Source of the DNA: Cenococcum geophilum
Taxonomy: Eukaryota
DNA: 64,000 nt
Reading direction: 5' to 3'
NCBI GenBank assembly: GCA_050273025.1
Contig: CP158635.1
Location: forward strand, 20,894,001-20,958,000
Under the pieces are notes generated by a model that was not told where the DNA came from, did no database searches, and saw only the letters and a list, made by a program, of their open reading frames with translations. Below are positions 11,900-21,408 of the stretch, piece by piece. Made by a program: the position numbers and the translations under genes. Each line of letters begins with the position of its first letter. The first letter of the stretch is position 1.

Positions 11900-13950
11900 T
11901 ATAGGGCATAATATTAATAATTATATAAGTAGACCTACTTTAATTTGGGTAATAGACGCCGTAACTGCTCTAGGTAAGGTAGATATACTAAATACTACCG
12001 CTTTAAGTATAGCTACTACCTCTCTATCGCCTAAACCTCTTAATATAGCTGGCTTCTATCCGGTAGTGGATAGCCTAGTAAATAATTTAGACACCTATAT
12101 AGAGGATAGCGATTCTATAATAGCTAAACCTCTAGATATACTCCAGCTTTTAAATAATAACTACCTTATAATTTAGTTTATTATGCAAATTATTAAAGAG
12201 TATATTATAGTATATAGCATTATATTTTAAGTATCTTATAAAACCAGTAGAATACCTATTTATTATTTATATAAGATAGCGTTTATCTAATTTATGGATG
12301 CTAATATTACCAGTAACGTTAGGGTTAATACTACTAATACTACTTCTCCGGTTACTTAATAACTATTATATCTAACTACGCTTAAGTATCTTACTTATAT
12401 TCTCCCGCGAGATGCTATAACCCTATAACTTTACTATATTAGGTTTATTGTCGCCTTTAATAAACTTATATTAGGTACGTGTACATTACTTAGTAAGCAC
12501 TTCTTCGTTAATAGGGACTTTAGCCTATTTACGCCGTAAATTTATAAAGCTTAAAATATGCTATTAAATAGTCCTATAGTTATTATCTACTTTTTTATAC
12601 TAGATACTAAATAGCTTAATAGTTATATCGCGAGCCTAAACGCGAGCCTAAAATAGCAGAGCGTTAATAATCCTTTAGGTCGCTAGTAGAAGGACTATAA
12701 TATAAATATCTAGCTTAGTATATAGCTCTTAGTAAAGGACCAACTATTATATAAAATCCCCGTAAGGTATTAGTTTAATAGCGTTCTTAAGTATTTTACG
12801 GTCTAGTTCTATATCGCAATTATAAGCCTTAAGGCCGTTAACCAGAACCCCTAGGTACTTACTATTATTTATTTTATTACCTTCCTAAGTAGCGTAAACT
12901 AAGTCTACTACGCTACTATCTAGATAGTTAATCGTCTTACCCTTTACACTAACTCTATTATCGATATCTTATTTCTAGGTAAAGACGTAAATAGCTTAGC
13001 CAGCTAAAAAGGAGTTATTATTAATACTACTCCCTTTAGCTCCAGCTATAACTACTATACTTTTATCTTTTAACTATAGGTGGGTTATAAGTTTATACTA
13101 AACCCTATATTCGCTCTAGAGTATATCCTAAACAGTAACAACTTCATAATAGTTAGTAACTTAAGTAAGGCCCTAATTACGGTATAGGGCATTAAATGTC
13201 TTATAACTAAGCGTGTCCCTAAGGTTAGAATCTCCTAAGAGGTTAATACTCTATACTACCTATAGTAAGGAGGTAATAGTTTCTATATTAAGCGCTAAAT
13301 TACGCTATTTAATAACTTTACAGATCTCCCACGTATTAATTACTTTAACTACAATATTGCTAAGTATAGGAAGAACTTAGTTAATAATACCCTTAAGGCC
13401 ATCTTGCCGCTACTTAATAAAGAGTAAATAGGTACCTATACTGCGCTTAAATATATAATAGGCAGTATTTTACTAATCTACGGCCCTAGTAGTATTAGGA
13501 AATTAACCTTTTTAACCATTTTAGTATAATACTAGTATTAACTTAGGTCGCCTTAGTAGGATCCTACTAGAATCTAGGTCCTATTACCGCTTAATTACTA
13601 ACTAAATATACTAGCTAAGACAATTAATAATACGCTTATAGAGGACCATAAGGCACTAATTACGTAAAGCTATCCCGCTAAATTTCCTATTATCCTTCGC
13701 CGCTATATACGCTTAATAGAAAATAAGGTCTATAAGTAAAATACCGTTATATAGCAAATAGCGGTAGGCATTAATACTTTTCCTAAGTATTTTAAGGAAT
13801 AGAATAACTATGCTATAATTAATAAGAACGCGTCTATGCTAAATATAGCATTTCTACTCTACAGTACGTTTAAGGCTAGTAATACCATTGGCTTTAATAA
13901 GCGGTTATAGGTTATAGATTTGTTTAAAGGTTAGTAGAATTTACTAATAA
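11900..13950 (+). pseudogene. RIP-inactivated SF1 (Upf1/DNA2-NAM7-like) P-loop helicase gene fragment
   Basis: 13470-13508 reads LLIYGPSSIRKLT, de-RIP LLIHGPGGIGKST (Walker A). It is preceded by LL(D)(E)E(Q) (Q-motif-like) and followed by VLLP.N... and IILRR. Boundaries are approximate. Confidence 0.6.
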
Positions 13951-14192
13951 ACTGGAATTTGCTAATAAAGAGGATAAAAGTAAAAAAGGTAGTAAAATAG
14001 ATAGGAAAAATAACGGCAAGAATAAAGATAATTAGGGGTTTAGTAGTACGGTGCTATTATTACGGTAGAACTAATATAAATATTAAACTTAAAATAGTAG
14101 GTTAATTAAAGGGCGTTATTAGGCGTATTAAGGTTATACTATACTACTATTAGGTTAAAATATATTCTTTATATAATATATACTAGGTATAT

Positions 14193-14570
14193 AGAATAAG
14201 TAAAAAATACTAACTGTATAGAATAAGTAAAGGGTACTAACTGCGTAGACTATGTAAAGTATACTAATTACATAGAATAGGTAAATACTACTAACCGCGT
14301 AGACTAAGTAAATACTATTAAGTGCGTAGGATAAGCACTTAATAACAACTACGTAGAAAGAGTAATACCTATATATTACTTAAAGTGAGTAAAGTATACT
14401 AATTACGCGGAATAGGTAAATATTAACCGCGTAGACTAAGTAAATACTATTAAGTGCGTAAAATAAGCACTTAATAATAACCACGCGGGAAGAGTAATGA
14501 TTATCTATTACTTAAAGTAAGCAAGATATACAGAATGCGTAAGGAGGGTATTATATATTAATTGCGTATT
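14193..14570. repeat. 27-bp tandem repeat (~14 units) with a ~132-bp higher-order duplication
   Basis: Units such as gactaagtaaatactattaagtgcgta recur at ~14302 and ~14434. One unit is 24 bp. Confidence 0.75.
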
Positions 14571-15339
14571 AAGTATAAAAAAAGCTTAATAGAATAAAGG
14601 TATTACTTACCCAGGTAGCTGTAAATACGTAATTAGCTACACCGCGTTATTAGTTTCTGTTAAATGCGGTAGTATACTATACCTTAGTTGATACTATACG
14701 CTACACGTTACAATGCGCGAAATGCGCATTTAGCCGCAATATGCTGCCAAATACTGCAAAAATGCTGGTAAATTTTTTCCTAATGACTCTTAAGGTTACC
14801 TCTAGCGCTTAATTTTCTAATTAGCCTAAGTAGGGCTAGAGGTGTTCTACTGTAGCTACTTTTTAGTAGCGTTATAGCTGTTATAAAAGGTATCTATATT
14901 TTTCTTAGTGGTAACTATAGGTATATAAGAGTTTTTAGGCTCCTAGTATATCTAGGTATTAGGGCTTATTTAGCTATCTTACTTAGAGGTTTATATTATT
15001 ATAATCTCTTACTATTAGAGTAATCTTTCTACCTTAACGTAATAGCTTTCTATAAGGTATCTATAAAGTTTCTATTTAGTTATTATAAAATTTTAAAGGA
15101 GGGATAGTAGATATAAATAAAAGATATAAATAAACACTCTTATTCTTAGAGCTGGCTGCCTTTTTAAATAGAGTATAAAGAATTTATATAAGGGAACTTT
15201 ATAGATAGGGAGCTATAAGGCATAATTATAGGAATAAATAAATTATAAAGGAGATAAATTCTTAAAAAGGTAAGGCCTTTAAAATTATAGAGACTATATA
15301 CTATAGGCACGTACCTTTAGTATATAACCGGCAACTATC

Positions 15340-15713
15340 TAAGGGGCGTCTGGGGGTTACCCCAAGGGAAACTCAATACAACTGTAATAATATCCCTTAT
15401 AGATAATCCTTTTTAAGGGGGGGCATTATTAGGTAAAACTAAGTAAATAGTTATATAGATATAAGGTATAGGCGACCTAGGGGCAACCTAGGGGTAACTT
15501 ACCTATAAGGTATATGCGCTATATATACTTAGAGAACACCCTTCCTTACCTTGTATATAGACTCCTCCTTTTCCCTTAAGGATTTATCTATCTATATAAT
15601 ATATCCTATTGTTCTCTTAATTGGACTCCCTATCTATATCCTTACTTTATACTTTTTTATAATATATTTAAAGGTATTATTATAATAACGAAGTATTATA
15701 TACGAACGCTAGA
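15340..15713 (+). mobile_element. Remnant of another LTR element: PPT plus probable 3' LTR
   Basis: tcctttttaagggggggcat followed by tattagg (tgttagg) at ~15427. The right end is uncertain. Confidence 0.4.
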
Positions 15714-16280
15714 TAAACAGGCATCAGATTTAAAGAATTAATAGCTATATACGGCTGTTATAGAGACTTAAGAGGATTACTAGAGAGCTTGAGAGAAATG
15801 CAGCTGCGCCCAAATTTATATAGGGACAATTAGGGTGGATAAACTATTTGCTAAGCGATATTAAATAAGGAAAGAAAACCAGCTACGCGCACGGCGTAGC
15901 GCATGGAACGGCAGTCTCGTAATAGGTATAACTATTAGTCTTTATATATTAAAATATTAAAAGCAGATTCTAAGCTATATAGCTTATACTATATAATATA
16001 TAACGTGTTTTATTATTACTTACTATTACTAAAATACCCTCTCTACTAGGTATATCTAATAGGTATATACTTTTATAGGCGTTAAGAGCACTATATACTC
16101 TTACCTAGCTAGGGTAGTAGGCTAAACTTATATAAGATCTTATTTAGTATTAATCCTAAAGCCTAATAATTTAAGGAGTTAATTAGCTTATTAAAGGGTA
16201 TTAAATAGTAATATATTTAGCTATTATACTTATAAAGGGGACTTGGGACTTTATATAGCTAATTAATATTAAAAATAAAA

Positions 16281-16365
16281 GCCCGCGAAGCCCTACTGTA
16301 CGCGTCCACGTTGCCGCGGGTGGAAATATCATCAGGAAACCTTACCTTTTGATGGTTAAGTGCAG
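16281..16365 (+). ncRNA. HDV/CPEB3-like self-cleaving ribozyme fold (this copy probably inactivated)
   Basis: P1 gcccgcg/cgcgggt (G.U at cleavage site), P2 ctgtac/gtgcag, P3 gcg/tgc, L3 tccacgt, P1.1 cc/gg, P4 tcatcagga/ttttgatgg and J4/2 ttaa (expected ctaa). G1 coincides with the insertion's 5' junction. Confidence 0.85.
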
Positions 16366-16563
16366 AGGCGATGGTAGAGAGCCGCCGCAGCGCATGCAGC
16401 GCGCTGTCGTTGTGGTTTTGTGGTGTTGAGCTCGCGACGCGTACTATTAAAGTATCGCCCTTAACAACACTAGAGCCTTACTGCCTCCATTTAAGGCTCC
16501 TGCTTTACCACCTAGGGAGGCCTATTAAGGGATACTGGGATACGAAAACCACCTAATGTACGA

Positions 16564-16690
16564 CTACCTGGCTTATAGCCAGGCCCGAAACTGGCCTTAT
16601 TATTAGCTAGTTAATATAGACGCGTCCTAGTCGCATAACAGGACACCCTTAGGCTTGTACTAGCTCTGAGATCGCAAGACGAGGGCGTAG
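16564..16690 (+). ncRNA. Candidate type II hammerhead ribozyme variant with a hairpin inserted at core position 7
   Basis: gccc-GAAA (16583-90), stem I agctagt/actagct, CTGA (16666-69)-gatcgcaagac-GA-gggc. Stem II is extended by ctac/gtag. The cleavage triplet att (16602-04) is inferred from GTC and stem III is imperfect. Confidence 0.5.
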
Positions 16691-19600
16691 GGAAACCCTT
16701 TTTTATAAGAACTTGTTAAGGTTAACGCGTTACAGATAAACCTCGTACGAAACTTATTAAGGCCCTAAGGCTACCGCGAAGAACTTATTAAGGCCCTGCC
16801 TAGAGAACTTATTAAGGCCCCTCTACGAGGGCCTATTTGGTATTTGGTACTCCTAGGTAACTTAGAAGAGGGTCTTAATAGGCGTGGTGCGCGCGACCTA
16901 GAGACGCGATAATGATATAATAGCGACGCGACGGCGATTAGACGGCTTAACGAGGTGGAAATATAGGCAAAGCTCTAGGCAGCGGAAACACAGGCCAGCT
17001 TTGACGGCCCTATAGCGTTCGACATACGGTTAACCTATAGGTGACTTACAGGAGGGCCTTAATAGGCGTGGTGCACGTAACCTGCGTATATATATAGGGG
17101 AGGCTCTAAGGAAATATAGGCTAGTTATATAAGGACTCGATAGTTAGAGATATAGGCCAGCTTATATAAAGGGGGGATATAAGCTTAATTAGTAGAATAG
17201 GGTAGGGTAGGTTGCCTAGTATAGGACCTAGTCTATAACCTATTCTGTAAGGCACGGTCGGCCTATTATAAGGAGACTCTTATAGGCAACGCGAAATAGG
17301 AATTAAAACCTCCCGTAGGGCGTAGTATATAGTAGCCACTGCTAGCTTTAGGGACCTTACCCCTTAGCTAGGCTCTAACCCCTAGTATACCTAGTAGGTA
17401 GGTAGGATTACGTCCTAGCTGGAGAGACTACTATACGGCTTAAGAGAATAGATACGCGTATTGGTATACTAACAGACGGGACTGCTTACTAGGGTAGTAC
17501 GCTAGTAAGGTATACTTAAGGAGTAAATAGGAGTTACTTGGGCGGGAGAGGTTTTGGCTAGGCCTTGATCGTAGAAGGTATACCTAGCTATATTACAGGA
17601 TGTAGCTATAACGCCCTTATAGGACTACACTAGTAGGCGCGTAAGATAGGAGTTGCGACCCCTATAAATGGTAGCTTATGCCCGCGCTAGTGGAAATAAT
17701 AAAGAAAAGCGTAAAACTAGAGGCTATAGAAGGCTCCTAAGCCGTATAAAAGTGTACTAACTTTAGGAGGAAACTCTTATATAGACCGCTGGGGGGTAGA
17801 TTAGTACTTGGGCTAATCCCGTTATAAGATATCTAAAAGAACTAGTGAGAATCCCTATATTAGGTAGTGGTAGCTAACTGCTTATAGACTAGGACTAAAG
17901 TATTAGAAAACTAGGGTAGAGGCCTAAATAAATAGGTATATTAAACTTTACTATATTACTAGCTAATATATAACTACCTACTATAAATTAGCTTTTATCT
18001 ATTTGTAAGGAACTAGGGCTACCTATAGTGTTTACGTAATAGGTAGCTACCTTCCTTAGTAATAGAAAGCTATAGCTTTGCTTTAATGGACAAATATAAA
18101 AAAAGGTAGATGTTACAGTGCTGTAATGAAGTAGACTAAATAGCTACGTTGTGGTATAAAGAGGGGAAGAAGGTGGAAAGGGGGTATTGTATACAAATAG
18201 TAGGGCTAGCCGCTAAGTCACTAGTGGTGGGCTAGCTAATAGTAGGAAATAGTATAAGATAGTATAAAACAGTATGTATTAGGTCAGTGCCGTAATAGTA
18301 CTCCTCTCCCCTAGATGGTTTGGTCCCTAAATTAAATAGATAACTTAAAAATAGGCAGTGTATAGGGTTACCTATTTTTTTTTTTTTTACTGTAAAGATG
18401 TTAATTCCGCTTACCGCCCTTAACCGAGCTAATGGCGATTTTCTATACCGGGCATGGAAAATCCTAATTAGTTAGTTTAGTGAGTAAGGTTGGTAGAACT
18501 CTATACCGCCACCTAAATTAATCCGCGTGGCGTTTCTTGGCAAGAATTTGGCTAATTAAATAACTTTAACTGCTAGTTAAAGTTCTATAACATCTTAACC
18601 ACCACAAATTTTAATACGGTGGTTGGCTGTGACCTTAGCGTAACTTTTCCTTATCTTATACTTAGTCTAAGGGTCTTGGCTTCTTAGGGTGTTACTTATA
18701 AAAGCGCTATATGGCTTATTTATAACCCCTTAGGTCTTCCTCTAGCTGCTAGGTTATGTCCTTATAATATTTCCATTTAATCTTATAAGTTAGGCCCTAG
18801 GGGTCTTTGTTGTATATATTAAGGATTTTCTTAAACTCCCATTTGTCTTCTATGTTACCATTATTATTTCTCTCTACTACTTATCCTTGTATATTACGGC
18901 GCTCTATAGTATTAATATTTACTTAGCTAGGGATCTTTTTAGTAGCCTAGAGGCGGACCTTAGATATATAAAAGGATTTATTTACTTAGATATAGTCTGG
19001 GAGGTCTACTACGACTACCCTTTAGTATACTGCGAGTACGGGGTATAGGCCGTCCCATTTATCGTCCTATTTCTTCTTAGGTCTATTTATCTTTATATTT
19101 TCTAAGCTAACTATAACTATATCGCCTTCGTAGAATAACGCGCTCTTATCCCTACGGGTATTAGCATTATCTTTATAGCGTTACTATAAAATCCGGGCTA
19201 GGGCCTTAAGCTATGTTAATATCTACTTAAAGCGGTTAGCCATAGAGTCTGCGCGGAAGAACTCCCTCTTTACTTATACTAATAGTATTAGTAGGTAGGG
19301 GCCAGCAGGCTTAATTCCAAGGCGAGGGTTAAAGCTATAGTTTACAAAAAATGGGAAGATGCCTGTGCTCTTATTGACTTGGTTATTTGTAGTAAACTTA
19401 GTAAGCGGCAGGTAGTTAACCTAGTTATCCTATATAAAGCTAACAAAAGTATAAAGGTATTTATTTACGGCAGCGTTAATAATTTTAGTTTAGCCGTCCG
19501 TTTCTAGGTACTAGGCTAAGCTTAGTTATAAGGTTGTCTTAAGGCGTTTACTTAGTCGTTGCTAGAAGTCGCTAACAAATTATATACCGCGATTAGAGAT

Positions 19601-20029
19601 AATCGTGCTTGGTATACTATAGAGCTTATATATATTATTAATAAAGCTATTAACTAGCTCCTCTATTAAGAGTCCTGTTACTAAAATAAGGTATTATATT
19701 TTAGTTAGGCGGTCTATAATAATAAGGATATATTTATATGCCTTACCGTGGCGTTAGTATACTAGCAGCGTTATAATATAGTTAATTAAGATATTAGTCT
19801 ATAGGCGGGCGGGTAATTTTAGTAGCTTTAGGAAACCGGGTGGGGTAGAATAGGGGGTCTTAGTGCGAAAGTATAGGGTATAGTCTTTAACGAAGGTAGC
19901 TATAAACTGGGAGATTCCTAGCTACTAATATATTTAGTTTAAGAGGTTAAAAGTTTTAACCCGGCTAGGGTAACTAGCGGGGCCGCTACTATAAGAATGA
20001 TGGGTAACTTCTAGGTGGAGGTCTAGGGT

Positions 20030-21408
20030 TTTTTTTTTTTTTTTTTTTTTTATATCCGATTGTATTATACTACATACAATACTGCGTATGCAGCCTCTAG
20101 GCTATGGCGCTATAGTTCTATATACATAAATCCCTTAGGGCAGCTTAACATATACTAGTAACTAAGTAAACACTCTGGCCCGTTTTAGATGCTAGGGGAG
20201 TTTTATCCTAGTATTTTGCTCTCTAATATTTAGTTTGCACTAAGGAAATAAAGAAATCCTGGCTCTTTTATCTATTTCTGCCGTATTCTGCCGTTCCTAG
20301 AGTAGAAAAAGCGCTCTAAAAGATAGATTTAGTAATATTTTTGCATATAAAAACAAAGGGCTCTATATAGTTTGCCAGCTTAGAGACAACTACCAGTTAT
20401 TCCTATACAACTTTTTTTGGTAATGTGACCTATTTCTTCTCCTTGCTTAAGAATAGGTAGGGAATTAGTAATTAATAGCTACTCTTCCCAAAAGTAGGCT
20501 ATTAATCCTAGATTTACGTTCTAGAAAACGGGTATTTTATAAGGGCGAACCTTGCTATATAAACCCACCCTAAAAGGAAAATTTTTCACAAGGTTGTCTT
20601 GTATAGGTTATAAACACCAATTCGCCTATACACCTTATATTTTACGTGCTAAAGTAACACAGGCCGGCCCCTTTCCCCCTACTATAGCTACCCTAGCAGT
20701 GCATCGTCTGCGGTGCCTCTGCTATGCGCCTGCGGTGCCTCTGCCATACGCTTATAGTATAGTAATTGCCTACAGCGCGACAGCTATAGACTAGTTATAG
20801 GGGATGAGGTCGTCTGCTCTATGGCAGACTGGTTATAGGGGAGGAGGTCGTCTACTCTGTGGCAGACTTATTGTAGGGGAGGAGGTCGTCTACTCTGTGG
20901 CAGATTCGTTATAGGGGAGGAGGTCGTCTACTCTATAGCAGATTCGTTATAGGGGAGGAGGTCGTCTACTCTATAGCAGATTCGTTATAGAGGAGGTCGT
21001 CTGCTCTGTGGCAGATTCATTATAGAGGAGGTCGTCTGCTCTATGGCAGACTGGTTGTAGGGGAGGAGGTTGTCTGCTCTGTAGCAGACTAATTGTAGAC
21101 AGGGTCGTCTGCTCTATGGCAGACTGGTTGTAGGGGAGGAGGTTGTCTGCTCTATAGCAGACTGATTGTAGAGGGGGTCGTCTGCTCTGTAGCAGACTGA
21201 TTGTAGAGGGGGTCGTCTGTTCTGTAGCAGACTGATTGTAGAGGGGGTCGTCTGCCTTATGGCAGACTGGTTGTAGTGGAGGTGGTTAGTTGTTGTGGTG
21301 ACGCGTCGTGTGACGCGTCCTCAGGGGGTATATAATCGGCGGCGCCCCTGCGACGACGGCGGAGGAGCAAAGGGAGGCGACGGCAGAGACGAAAGGGAGG
21401 CGACGGCG
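20030..21408 (-). mobile_element. SINE-like retroposon with LINE-derived 3' tail and tandem hairpin array
   Basis: 13-bp TSD ggaggtctagggt (20017-29 / 21409-21) and poly(T) on + at ~20030-20051. 20052-20163 matches the LINE 3' terminus at ~5995-6104 and ~29020-29130. No ORF. Confidence 0.9.
20790..21280. repeat. 13 tandem 35/38-bp units each containing a 7-bp-stem, 4-nt-loop hairpin (gtctgcY-NNNN-Rgcagac)
   Basis: gtcgtct/gttgtct at 20809, 20847, 20885, 20923, 20961, 20996, 21031, 21069, 21104, 21142, 21177, 21212 and 21247. Confidence 0.9.

Noticed and set aside
15882..15920. Helitron-like 3' end (gctacg..cgtagc hairpin then ctcgt)
   Set aside because: Too short to support alone. No Rep motifs were found and the nearby helicase looks Upf1-like rather than clearly Pif1.
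16329..16335. CTGATGA hammerhead core on the minus strand
   Set aside because: No stem II/GAAA follows. It is the complement of the HDV-like P4 stem.
17374..17384. Telomerase-template-like ctaacccct
   Set aside because: It has four Cs, does not match a TTAGGG template, and lies inside a mobile insertion.
17738..17800. Group II intron domain V resemblance (agccgtat..., aggag-gaaa-ctctt)
   Set aside because: The lower DV stem and AGC triad register do not fit.
20790..21280. CRISPR-like look of the hairpin array
   Set aside because: Spacers are near-identical rather than unique, the context is eukaryotic and there are no cas genes.
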